A DNA stretch of 64,000 bases, taken from Giardia intestinalis (Eukaryota). The DNA lies in assembly GCA_000002435.2 (NCBI GenBank), contig CM018790.1; one strand, 5' to 3'. The stretch's first letter is position 1; every line of letters begins with the position of its first letter. This document shows positions 50,009 through 59,582 of the stretch, one piece after another. A model generated the notes under the pieces. It did not search any database and was not told the DNA's origin. It worked only from the letters and a program-made list of their open reading frames with translations. The position numbers and the translations under genes are program-made.

Positions 50009-52570
50009 ATGCACAGGCATGAACAGGATCCCATCAAGGCAGCCATTATTCAGGCAAAGAACACGGGGTCTCTTGTTCTTGATGACTACGTTCTTATTAC
50101 TCTGCCAGCAACGGTCTACAACGCCGAGATGCTTGCTGAAGACTCGTCATCGTGGTACACCAGTACAAATATCCGTAAGCTCTCTTGTCGAACCTGTGGC
50201 CTTAAGAGTCTATCAAACGATCTTTCCTTGTTGGAAAATTTGGAGATCATTGATTTGACGGGCAATAAACTCACCTCTTTTCCCCAGGACGCCGAGCTTC
50301 CGGTGCTTAAGATACTCAACATTTCCAAAAACCTATTGACAGACCTATGTTCCTCTTGCTTTGCGACCGTTACTGAGCTACATGCTACTGAAAATCGTAT
50401 TGAAACCCTTTGCTTCGATGCAATTTCGCCCTCTGGAGTCCTAATTAAGCTTTCTTTAGCCAAGAATAGGATAAGATCTATCATAGCACCATCTATTTAT
50501 CAATACAATCTTCTCCACTTGGATCTAGCGGACAATGCGTTGGATGAGTTTGATTGTGCACCATTTCCAAGCCTTGAGACACTGATATTGCATCACAATC
50601 GGATTCGCGACATTAGAAATCTGTCATCCCTCACGAAGCTCCGAGTCCTTGACTTAAGTTATAACAGGATCCAGAATGATCCGCATGGTTTTGAGCTGTT
50701 TTCCATAAGCGGGGACAAGGAGATATTACATGATTTACAGGCTAAACGTGTGTTCACAAATCTGCGAGAAATCAATCTATCTAATAACACATTGCAATCC
50801 ATTCCCTCCTTTATTTTCTCCTGTCCAGAGCTTAGTAGTGCTGATTTATCAAACAATAATATCCAGCGTGGTGAAGGTATGATTATTTGGGAGTTCCGCG
50901 AGTCTAGCCAATTGGAATCCTTAGACCTCACTGCGAATGACATGCAAGAGCTCCCGATTGAGCTGGGTATCTTGAAAAGGTTGAACAAGTTGCGCTTCGA
51001 CGGCAATCCTATGCGGAGAATGCGGCAAATAGCCGGAGATAGTTCGTGTGCAAAGGTACTCGAGTATCTTCGCAGCAAGATCCCCCATGATCATCCGTAC
51101 TATCAATGTGATAAGACCTCTTTAAGTAAGCAACAGCGCGACAAGGTAGCGGGCCAGCTTAAGGCCATGGCAGAAAATCAGATAGAAACGGAGTATACGG
51201 TTCTTCCTAATTCCTCGGTTGTTGTTAGGAATGCCGCAGCCAGCCTCTCCGGGTGCAAGCTGGAGTTTATAGATATTCATGATATAGACGACATACCCCT
51301 ATCGGTCCTTCAGACACCAAACCCTTCTCTTAAAAGCCTGTCTTCTATTGTCTTTCGGAACTGTACCTGCTTGACCCAGAACATTTTGCAAGCCATTTTG
51401 AATAATCTTAACTTTGATGTTGCGCCTAGCCTACGTAGCTTAGAAGTGAGCGGAGTACGAAAGCCCCCTATTAGGGATTTGGTTATCTATCGTTCTAGTG
51501 TGACACACTTAATCATAAAGCAGCTTCCGTCACTGGTCCGAGTGGAACTAGCCGATAATCCATTCTTAACAGGCGTGGTTATCGAGGAGTCAGGACTTGA
51601 GGACTTATTGTTATCGAGTGTAGCCTCTCTTAAGTCCTTATCTCTAAAGTCAAATAGACTGATGGCCATCCCTGAATCGATTTTCACTCCAGTCTTGAAT
51701 ATAGAAGAGCTTTACTTAAATGGCAACTCCATTTCTGCTATTCCTATTGATCTGATTAACATGAAGGCTCTTCAAACACTTGATCTTTCTTGCAATTTAT
51801 TCAAGAAGCTTCCCAATGAAATGGGCTTGCTATCTCCTTCAGAGGAACATGAGCAAAGCTGGACTAGACAGTATGCAGGCAGTTTAACGAAGATTGGCCT
51901 TACAGGAGTATACATCACGCATCCCCCACCTAGTATTGTCAAGCGTGGTGCCTTGGTAATGATGGGGTACATGCGCGAGTGCCTAGATAAAGAAGAATTC
52001 GAGCAGGTCCTCTCTGTGCGCAGAAAGCTTGATCACGCATTTTATGAAAATGTAAGGCCAGCCAGATCAGGATCCCACACACATAGGCCTCGTTTAGATG
52101 GAAACTATACTGACTCAAGACATTTACTCTCCTCTAACGACGCGCCCACTGCAACTTACCAGGGGGAAGTTTACAATCCTTATCACGCTACAGATGAGAT
52201 GCTTGCAGAGTATGAGCGGTCACGTAGTCGCGGGAGCAGCAGAGGGGCGGAACGAGATAAAGGTCGCATACTGCAGTCTGGTGGTCAGGCTAGCGGCACC
52301 ATCTATGAGCCCGATCCACCTAGTCCACCTAGGCGAGGTAGAATCACGCAGAGTAGCATTAGATTTGGAGATGAAGCTCCAACCAATAAGCCCTTAGATT
52401 ATGGCCGTGTCAGAAGTCAACAACAGCTACAGCCACCTTCCCAGCCTACACCTGCACAGCCACCAAGAGAGGATTATGAAAGGCCCACACTGCCTTCGCG
52501 CGGGCATGTAAGCACACAAAAGGGAGACCCCCCAAGAAGGCACTATCTTGATAGTCAACGCTTATGGTAA
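50009..52570 (+). CDS. Leucine-rich-repeat (LRR) protein with S/R/Q-rich low-complexity C-terminal tail
   Basis: Many LxxLxLxxNxL repeats (LEIIDLTGNKLTSFP; LKILNISKNLLTDL; LDLSYNRIQ; INLSNNTLQSIP; LDLTANDMQELP; LYLNGNSISAIP; LDLSCNLFKKLP). ATG verified at 50009. Confidence 0.75.
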   Translation: MHRHEQDPIKAAIIQAKNTGSLVLDDYVLITLPATVYNAEMLAEDSSSWYTSTNIRKLSCRTCGLKSLSNDLSLLENLEIIDLTGNKLTSFPQDAELPVLKILNISKNLLTDLCSSCFATVTELHATENRIETLCFDAISPSGVLIKLSLAKNRIRSIIAPSIYQYNLLHLDLADNALDEFDCAPFPSLETLILHHNRIRDIRNLSSLTKLRVLDLSYNRIQNDPHGFELFSISGDKEILHDLQAKRVFTNLREINLSNNTLQSIPSFIFSCPELSSADLSNNNIQRGEGMIIWEFRESSQLESLDLTANDMQELPIELGILKRLNKLRFDGNPMRRMRQIAGDSSCAKVLEYLRSKIPHDHPYYQCDKTSLSKQQRDKVAGQLKAMAENQIETEYTVLPNSSVVVRNAAASLSGCKLEFIDIHDIDDIPLSVLQTPNPSLKSLSSIVFRNCTCLTQNILQAILNNLNFDVAPSLRSLEVSGVRKPPIRDLVIYRSSVTHLIIKQLPSLVRVELADNPFLTGVVIEESGLEDLLLSSVASLKSLSLKSNRLMAIPESIFTPVLNIEELYLNGNSISAIPIDLINMKALQTLDLSCNLFKKLPNEMGLLSPSEEHEQSWTRQYAGSLTKIGLTGVYITHPPPSIVKRGALVMMGYMRECLDKEEFEQVLSVRRKLDHAFYENVRPARSGSHTHRPRLDGNYTDSRHLLSSNDAPTATYQGEVYNPYHATDEMLAEYERSRSRGSSRGAERDKGRILQSGGQASGTIYEPDPPSPPRRGRITQSSIRFGDEAPTNKPLDYGRVRSQQQLQPPSQPTPAQPPREDYERPTLPSRGHVSTQKGDPPRRHYLDSQRLW

Positions 52571-52587
52571 GTAGTACATCACAACAC

Positions 52588-55413
52588 TCACAAACTGAGC
52601 GTATCAGTATTGGTTACTGTGAGGAATATCTCCTCCATGGTCGTCTGCCTAATAGACCAGGTTAGTATCCACGCTTCAGAGCTTATCTTAGTAAGCATGT
52701 CTTCCAGACCCTTCCCTAAGCTTCCCTTGGGAACTGCAAGCGTTAGTGCCCCGCCCGCTCGGGACACAAGGACGGCAGTTGGGCAATAGACGTTTATGAT
52801 TTCATCACGGACTCGAAGGACATCTGTAGCATGGACCTCAATGTCCAAACGGTATCCTATTCCGTATCTTTTTTTAAGCTTGCGCGGCGCGTTATTGCAA
52901 CGCAGACAACCATCTGAAATGATCCCAACCTTATTGGACAGAGCTTCGCATTCCTCCATGCTGTGAGTTGTGAGCACGATAGATCTCTCATACTTTGCCA
53001 TCTGTATTGCATCCCACATCTTGCGCTTAGATATGGGATCAAGTCCGGTGCTGGCTTCATCCATGAAAATAACATGAGAATTCCCTATCAGGGATAAGGC
53101 AACAGTGAGGCGTCTCTTCATGCCACCAGACAGGCTTCTAACCTGGAAATCGACAGACTCCTGCAATCCCACGGTTTGGAGACGAAACATGACTAGATCG
53201 GCAATGGAAGGATCAGCTGGTCGGCGCGGTTTGCACTGTACCTTTGTAGTGCATAAGCCCTTCTTCTTAGGAGAATCATTGAGATACACTGTGCTAGCAC
53301 TGGCAGCATACAGCACGCCTTCCTCCTCAGCAAGCTTCATCCTTCTCTCTAGGTCCTCCAGGTCCTCAGCATAATTAACTCCACGCATATTGCAAAAGAA
53401 CTTTATGTGCTCTGCAGGAGTCAGGTCCGGCCACAGAATGTCAAACTGAGGCGCATACCCAATGAGCTGGGACACCTTCTGGCGCTGGTGCACAATGCTG
53501 TACCCCTCTATGGTGACGTATCCGGAGGTTGGCTTGAGGGTTCCCGTCAGGACCGAGAGAGTCGTCGACTTGCCAGCGCCGTTCGGACCCAGGAGCCCAT
53601 ATATTGTGTTGCGTGGAATGCTGAGACTCAGGTTTTTCACTGCATGCTTCAAGGGTCTTCCACACGCTGTAGCGCAGGAGTTATCGCGCTTGTAGCATCC
53701 ACCGTACATAACGTTCAAGTCGTAGATAATTACAGGAGCATTTGATATCTTCATATATTGTGATGACCCGAGAGGAGAAAGAACTGCACTCTGCTCTGCA
53801 ATGACATCTTCGTCCCACTCAGGCCTCACAGGGGGCATTTTGTAGTTAGGCCTGTGCGAATCCGGAGGAGCTGGTGTTGCAAGACAACCCCAGAACTCTA
53901 AAGTAAACGGCGCCCAAGGCTTCAGTCGAGATCCGTGAGCGCTGGGTAGTAACAGATCAACATAGGCTGCCAAGACCCAGTAGCACAGGCAGAGCACTGG
54001 CGTGATTAGCATGTGAAAGAGCACTGTATGTCCACTGTCATATGCCGCAGCTTGCTGACCACATACAGATCTATCGCAAAGACCAGTAAAGCTTACAAGG
54101 TCAGCAACGGTAAATTTAGCTGGCGCATTGAGAAGCTGGTTATACGGGAAAGTATAGGCTCGGAGACTCATAAGCATTATAGATTGAACGGAGTGAAGAA
54201 AGGGAATAAGGAAAAAAATACTAAAAGCCCCATTTTCTGGGAATATTATCTGTGGGGAAGATTGGGTCAATCCTAAAAATGTTACAACCAGAATAATTAT
54301 AAACACAAGAAATGCAACAGATTGGGCCTTAAAGATAAATGAAGATAGGAAGATAGAGACAGAGAGAATGGAGAAGTGGTACATCGTGAGAGTATACCAG
54401 TTCACCAAGAAGGGGGTATTTAGCCAATACTCTGAAAATGATAACATCCCAACAATTGAAGTAAGAAGCCCTATGCATATGCAGATTGTGAAACCAACAA
54501 CAGCGTGGCTTAGGTAATAAGTAGAATCTAGCATCCCTATTGTATGCAGAGATTGGCGAAGCTTAGCCTCTTTCTCTGATACAATTTGATAGCAAAAATA
54601 GTACAGAAGAAACAGGCTCGAAATACTCAAAATCATACCGCCCCTATCGAGTATAGGGTTGGTGAAGTTCGTGGAGGAGTACCACTCGAAGTCTGGGAAC
54701 CGTTTATAGGTGATGGTGTTGTTTATTCGGACACGATTGGACTGCACCAGGTTGTAGGCTTTCGATAACGGATTCGTGGATAGAGCTGAGTCATCGGCAA
54801 TCTCCTTGAGCTTTGAGGAAAACGTGGTATTAAGTATATATCGCATAATGGCCAGCTGGGCAAGACGCTCTGCACGGAATGGGTCATAGTAAAGATCAAC
54901 ATTTGGATCTGGGTCCCCGAATGTGTAATACCTGTTAACACGCCAATAGTATTGAATGGACAAGTTGTTATAGACTGGCGAAAGAACTTCGAAGCTGAAT
55001 GCTGCAGCAAGAGACTCAGGGTTAGCCACGGAGTAGGCAGCGATTTCATCCTCGCTATCAAATCCTAGAAGAACATCATTGGAGAGAGGAGGCTCATGAG
55101 ACATCAAGAGGTATTCCATAAGAGATGCTACATTTCTGCTATTCTTTGGGTAGTATCCAATCTTCTTTCCAACCATTGAAAAGCCATAGAGAGGAATAGT
55201 TGGGTATTTTTCTGTTAAGAGAGGCTTTTTAACGGACGCACTCGAGAGAAAAAGGATAAGGAGGGCCGGGTAGAGGAGAATAAAAACCAAGATGGCAGGA
55301 TGACGCACAAGAACAAGGAAGTTCTTCACTAGCAAAACGCGCATCTGCCTGCCAAAGACAGTGCAATGTCTCTCCACCGATCTCGGGCGATTGGACGCCA
55401 CAGTGAAGGACAT
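52588..55413 (-). CDS. ABC transporter, ABCA-family half-transporter (TMD-NBD)
   Basis: ATG verified. N-terminus LLVKNFLVLVRHPAILVFILLYPALLILFL like ABCA (LLLWKNLTFRRRQ...); large extracytoplasmic loop then TMs; NBD Walker A GLLGPNGAGKSTTLSVLTG, ABCA signature LSGGMKRRLTVALSLIG, Walker B VIFMDEASTGLDP, H-loop LTTHSMEE. Convergent with LRR gene, 17-bp spacer. Confidence 0.85.
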   Translation of the reverse strand: MSFTVASNRPRSVERHCTVFGRQMRVLLVKNFLVLVRHPAILVFILLYPALLILFLSSASVKKPLLTEKYPTIPLYGFSMVGKKIGYYPKNSRNVASLMEYLLMSHEPPLSNDVLLGFDSEDEIAAYSVANPESLAAAFSFEVLSPVYNNLSIQYYWRVNRYYTFGDPDPNVDLYYDPFRAERLAQLAIMRYILNTTFSSKLKEIADDSALSTNPLSKAYNLVQSNRVRINNTITYKRFPDFEWYSSTNFTNPILDRGGMILSISSLFLLYYFCYQIVSEKEAKLRQSLHTIGMLDSTYYLSHAVVGFTICICIGLLTSIVGMLSFSEYWLNTPFLVNWYTLTMYHFSILSVSIFLSSFIFKAQSVAFLVFIIILVVTFLGLTQSSPQIIFPENGAFSIFFLIPFLHSVQSIMLMSLRAYTFPYNQLLNAPAKFTVADLVSFTGLCDRSVCGQQAAAYDSGHTVLFHMLITPVLCLCYWVLAAYVDLLLPSAHGSRLKPWAPFTLEFWGCLATPAPPDSHRPNYKMPPVRPEWDEDVIAEQSAVLSPLGSSQYMKISNAPVIIYDLNVMYGGCYKRDNSCATACGRPLKHAVKNLSLSIPRNTIYGLLGPNGAGKSTTLSVLTGTLKPTSGYVTIEGYSIVHQRQKVSQLIGYAPQFDILWPDLTPAEHIKFFCNMRGVNYAEDLEDLERRMKLAEEEGVLYAASASTVYLNDSPKKKGLCTTKVQCKPRRPADPSIADLVMFRLQTVGLQESVDFQVRSLSGGMKRRLTVALSLIGNSHVIFMDEASTGLDPISKRKMWDAIQMAKYERSIVLTTHSMEECEALSNKVGIISDGCLRCNNAPRKLKKRYGIGYRLDIEVHATDVLRVRDEIINVYCPTAVLVSRAGGALTLAVPKGSLGKGLEDMLTKISSEAWILTWSIRQTTMEEIFLTVTNTDTLSL

Positions 55414-55477
55414 GAGTTTTTAATATGATTGTCGGAGAATATGCAGAATAAATTTACTGAGGTATCACCAGACTATA

Positions 55478-57922
55478 TCAAATGGTCTCAGTGTTAGACA
55501 GTGATGTAGTTATATGTTGTCTTGCACCTTCTTTATAGCGAACAATCAGAATAACTACAATCCAAAGAATAATTAGAGAAAGCATAATAATAAAGAGCGC
55601 CAAGCTTGATGAAGCTGCCGGCGATATGATACTTTTGCGTGGCTCTTGAATACACGTCGACACAGTATCTTCCGTAGGAGTCAAGATGTACCCTTTGCTG
55701 CACGCTGTACATTGAATGCTGTCGTGTGAAGCAGTGCTTTTCAGAACTGCACAGCCTGTACATCCTTGCGGGCAGGTGGTCATGAAGCTTGTAAGGGTAT
55801 TAAAGTAATATCCACGCTGTGGCTTAGAACATGTCCTTGGGCCTTCACAAATCAAACAGTGAGGCATGCATTGCATAACTCTGGAGGTCAATGCGTCCAA
55901 GTAGTATCCCTTTGCTGCCTGTAAGCAATCTGTATCCTTTTCTCCCTTACAGGAGTCACAATTGTTTGTACATTTTATGCAGGCACCAGATCCCGTGAAA
56001 CTGGAATATCCACGCATACACTTTTCGCAGACAGTTGTGTTACTGCAAAGAATACAGTTATCTATGCACGGGCTACAGATTCCAGCCAGTTTATCTGCCA
56101 TGAAGCTACCGGGAAGACATTCGGTGCACCTATTCTCGGCATCGCAAGTCTTACAGTTATCTGGGCAGCGGTAGCACTTAAGGTCCTCCATTCTGTATCC
56201 CGGAACGCAAACACCGCAGGTCTCAGGTGTTGAACACTTTAGACAATTAACTGGACACGGAGAACAGCTTCCTTCAGCAGTACGATAGTTATAGTCCTTG
56301 CATTCGTGGCAAAAGTCTCTCTTAAAGCATCGCTTACAGTTTGCTGGGCACGGTATACATATACCATCAATAAGAATACTCCCATCAGCACATTGAAGAC
56401 ATATACCCTCTGAGGTGCAACTAGCACAATTTGCCACAAAACTAGAACAGAGCACGCATGTGACAGAGTCAGCAGCCTGCAAAGTGATAGCACTCTCCAT
56501 ACAGGCAGTGCATTGACCAGTATTCGTGCAAGTTTGGCAACCTGTGATTGCCGTGCACGGTGGGCACTTACCTTCCTTGAGATAATGTCCTTCACTACAA
56601 ACGTTGCATATACCAGGATTGCTAGCAAAGCACTGAACGCAATTGGAAACGTAACAATCTGGGTACTTCACGCATACATTGCTGGAAAGATAGTAGTCAT
56701 CAGCACACGCTTCGCAGATGGCACGCCCGGTCCTTGAGCAGCGAATGCAACCCATCAGCAACGTGCCAGAGCATGTCGCGTGCTCACATATTGTACCAGA
56801 ATGTCCATCGAGGCATGTTTGGCAAGAGTATTGGCTTGAGCAGGTTCGACAATTGATGGGACAGACAAGGCAGGAACCGCCGTCAAGATAGTACCCTTCC
56901 TTGCATGCTGCACACATTCCGGAGTTGGTTGTAGAGCAGGACGTACAGTAGTCTTGTGGGGTACCGTCACACATGAGAGTCATGCACTCGTACCCAACGT
57001 AATTTGTCGGGCATGGAACGCATCCAGCACCATCAAGCCTATAGTCATCTTGGCACTCCATGCAGTAGTTGCTGAGGGCTGTGTTGCTACACTTTGCGCA
57101 GTAATCGCGAGATACCCCATAACACTTGATGCTTCTGCAATTAATCCCCGTTCGTCCGTTGGGACAAGGGATGCATTTATTGTCTTCACGCAGATAGTAG
57201 TCATTTTTGCAGATCGTGCAAGTGAGGGTGTCCTTATTGCATTCCGTACAATAAGGTAGAATTGCCTTGTTCCCGTTTGATTCGCACACAAGATCAGCAC
57301 AATTAATCCCTGTATATGGCGCAGCACACGGGACGCAATGTCTATTAAAAGCACCGCCCCAGTAATATCCAGGAAAGCACTCAGCACAGTATTCGCTAGT
57401 GAGTCCGCCACACTTGTTGCAATACTGATAGGAATACAGGCTGTTACAATAAAGGACCGTGCAATTCTCGCCGCTGAAAGACCCTGTACAAGGCTTGCAC
57501 CCGGTAGTGGTCAGGTAGAAGTTTGTGTTGCAGCTTGCGCATTCGCTTTTGCCATCGACACATGCTTTGCAGTTGCGGAAAACCTTGTTGTTGCATAACC
57601 GGTCCATACAGTTCATGCCTATTGAGTCGTCTGGACATGGTGCACAGCTTCCTCCAGAAAGTTGATAGTTGGCTTGGCATTCCGTACAAGAGTTGCCACT
57701 GCACGTCTTGCAATACCTTACAGAAGTCGTCCCACAAGTTAGATACTCACAGTTCTCCCCGGTCCGACCGCCCATGCATGGGGTACAAGCCCCTCTAAAA
57801 TCTGGAGCAAATCCGTCGCTGCAACGGATGCACTGCTCCGTACTTGCCGGGCACTGTAAGCAGTGCGCATCGGTGCACTGTGCAGTGAGGCTGGTCAAAA
57901 GGTGTAAAGTCAAGAGCACCAT
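55478..57922 (-). CDS. Giardia high-cysteine membrane protein (HCMP; VSP-like, type I, no CRGKA tail)
   Basis: ATG verified. Signal peptide MVLLTLHLLTSLTAQ; >10% Cys with dozens of CxxC spacings (CTECQ, CKACVDGKSECASC, CIPCPNG...), single C-terminal TM LALFIIMLSLIILWIVVILIV and short tail RYKEGARQHITTSLSNTETI (VSPs would end CRGKA). Internal repetitiveness generates many spurious antisense/alt-frame ORFs in the track. Confidence 0.85.
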   Translation of the reverse strand: MVLLTLHLLTSLTAQCTDAHCLQCPASTEQCIRCSDGFAPDFRGACTPCMGGRTGENCEYLTCGTTSVRYCKTCSGNSCTECQANYQLSGGSCAPCPDDSIGMNCMDRLCNNKVFRNCKACVDGKSECASCNTNFYLTTTGCKPCTGSFSGENCTVLYCNSLYSYQYCNKCGGLTSEYCAECFPGYYWGGAFNRHCVPCAAPYTGINCADLVCESNGNKAILPYCTECNKDTLTCTICKNDYYLREDNKCIPCPNGRTGINCRSIKCYGVSRDYCAKCSNTALSNYCMECQDDYRLDGAGCVPCPTNYVGYECMTLMCDGTPQDYCTSCSTTNSGMCAACKEGYYLDGGSCLVCPINCRTCSSQYSCQTCLDGHSGTICEHATCSGTLLMGCIRCSRTGRAICEACADDYYLSSNVCVKYPDCYVSNCVQCFASNPGICNVCSEGHYLKEGKCPPCTAITGCQTCTNTGQCTACMESAITLQAADSVTCVLCSSFVANCASCTSEGICLQCADGSILIDGICIPCPANCKRCFKRDFCHECKDYNYRTAEGSCSPCPVNCLKCSTPETCGVCVPGYRMEDLKCYRCPDNCKTCDAENRCTECLPGSFMADKLAGICSPCIDNCILCSNTTVCEKCMRGYSSFTGSGACIKCTNNCDSCKGEKDTDCLQAAKGYYLDALTSRVMQCMPHCLICEGPRTCSKPQRGYYFNTLTSFMTTCPQGCTGCAVLKSTASHDSIQCTACSKGYILTPTEDTVSTCIQEPRKSIISPAASSSLALFIIMLSLIILWIVVILIVRYKEGARQHITTSLSNTETI

Positions 57923-57945
57923 GAATTTATTAAGCTACCCTAAAC

Positions 57946-58266
57946 TCATCGCTTAAACACATTCCAGTTTAGTGACGAGAAAATGACGCAGAGGGGTCCA
58001 ATGACCACGAGAGAGGAGGGCATATCAAGAGGACGATGGTTGTGATAGATGACCATCAACAAAAGCGTAATCCAGCTGGCCTTTTCGGCGCCTGTAGTGA
58101 TGCACGTAACTCCCAAAAAAACTGCCAGAATCAAACTCAGCTGCGCCACCGTTTCAACGTCTACCTTCATATACTTCACCTGATCGATACTAGACATCAG
58201 CACCGCAACCCTATTTTCGGCTTCTCGTTGCCTCGCCCTCCGCGTCCGGTCTTGGTTTGAGCTCAT
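57946..58266 (-). CDS. Small membrane protein (~106 aa, two predicted TM helices), hypothetical
   Basis: Track ORF begins at TTG in an A/T-rich tract (58395); first ATG is codon 44 (MSSNQDRTRRARQREAENRVAVL...), followed by hydrophobic stretches LSLILAVFLGVTCITTG and WITLLLMVIY...LVVIGPLCVIFSSL. Stop is 23 bp upstream of HCMP ATG. Confidence 0.45.
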   Translation of the reverse strand: MSSNQDRTRRARQREAENRVAVLMSSIDQVKYMKVDVETVAQLSLILAVFLGVTCITTGAEKASWITLLLMVIYHNHRPLDMPSSLVVIGPLCVIFSSLNWNVFKR

Positions 58267-58448
58267 GTCCTCTTGTAAATCTTTAGCAAAGTGCGTTTTT
58301 ATTGTGCAATTTCTAATGAAACAATGTATGAAAATATGAAAGTCGTGTAATAGAATGCTAAAGTATAAACATTCTATAAACCCATTGAATAACAAAGACC
58401 TGCGCTAAGAAATTAATATGCATTTCTTCTGTTGCGCACCGAATGGAC

Positions 58449-59513
58449 TTAACTGGGTAGAGCCAGATCTTCGAGCCTGAGGTCACCTTGGTCAATTGCC
58501 TTCACTGTCAACATGTCTGCACTGTCTGCCGGTAAGTTCTGGGCAACAGGATGCATCGGGCTAAGACAGAAAGATGGCTTTCGCTGCTTACTACCCAACT
58601 GGGGTAGTCTAACGGATGAAGTGCTCGGTAGCGTCTTCTGTGGAGAGCTCCATCTGGCCTGCTTCCGCGTGACATGCATGGTCGGAGACAGCGCACTATT
58701 ATTTGCAATCTTGTCGGATAGAGGAGCCGGTAGAGCACATCCTTCGATGTTGTCAGCGTCAGACAGAGAGTGCTTGCTTCGCCAACTATGGTAGTGTATA
58801 TCCGGCGCCAGATGGTTCATCACATAAATGTAGTCATTGGAGTGCTGGCCAACGGGAGTGTGAAGCAGAGAGCCATTTGTTTCGCTGCTCTGCCTCATTC
58901 TTGCACGCTGAAGAGATGTGTGATGATAGGTACGTAAGGAGCACAGCTTTGGAGAATAGCACGGGCTCTGCAATGATACAGATGAATCTTCATGCGAATA
59001 TAATGACTTGTTAAGAGTGGCTACGTGCCGCCACCGCGTAGGACTAGGGCCAGCCGCTGGGGAGCGAAAGGAGCACTCTGACATCGGCTCTGGCTGAGAC
59101 TCAGAAATAGGGTGCCTTTCGGGGGCAGAAACAGCCTCTCCCGGCGAGGATGCACGACTACGTAATAAACAACCTTCGTACTTTCTTGCTGTCTGTATGC
59201 GTTCCTGTCGGTATCGTTCTGCAATGTTAGAGAGAGACGATCTGGTTTTGCGGTTGGATAATTGCAAATTTAGCTTTTGTCGCTTCTCCTCCAGGTCCCG
59301 CGCTCGTTGCAGTTTCGTCAAACTTTCCATAGTGTTATATTGCTTGAGGACACATTTCTCTTGTGGGGTTAACAAGTCGGTTTGATACTGTCCAAAACTC
59401 TCTGCATCAGCTACAGGAGTCTGGGGATCTATATATGTGAGGGGAAACCCCGCCTCGTAGGAAGTTAACCCTGTACGGTCTATATTTCCAAAGCAAAGTG
59501 AGCTGACTGTCAT
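58449..59513 (-). CDS. Hypothetical Ser-rich protein (354 aa)
   Basis: ATG verified (cat 59511-59513); long uninterrupted ORF, no recognisable domain; short coiled-coil KLQRARDLEEKRQKLNLQL. Confidence 0.5.
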   Translation of the reverse strand: MTVSSLCFGNIDRTGLTSYEAGFPLTYIDPQTPVADAESFGQYQTDLLTPQEKCVLKQYNTMESLTKLQRARDLEEKRQKLNLQLSNRKTRSSLSNIAERYRQERIQTARKYEGCLLRSRASSPGEAVSAPERHPISESQPEPMSECSFRSPAAGPSPTRWRHVATLNKSLYSHEDSSVSLQSPCYSPKLCSLRTYHHTSLQRARMRQSSETNGSLLHTPVGQHSNDYIYVMNHLAPDIHYHSWRSKHSLSDADNIEGCALPAPLSDKIANNSALSPTMHVTRKQARWSSPQKTLPSTSSVRLPQLGSKQRKPSFCLSPMHPVAQNLPADSADMLTVKAIDQGDLRLEDLALPS

Positions 59514-59582
59514 TTATTTTAACATCAGGAAAGAGGTCACGAAGCCCGCCAAAAGAAGCCAGAATGATCTAGAGCTTTACTA

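Noticed and set aside
55478-57922. Numerous overlapping ORFs on both strands inside the HCMP gene (e.g. 56239..56628-, 56980..57411-, 56954..57259+, 57338..57598+, 57523..57798+, 57669..57956+)
   Set aside because: These are artefacts of the TGY/GCA-rich repetitive coding sequence. They lie within a single longer ORF that has a signal peptide, CxxC repeats and a C-terminal TM. None of them has independent start context or spacer.
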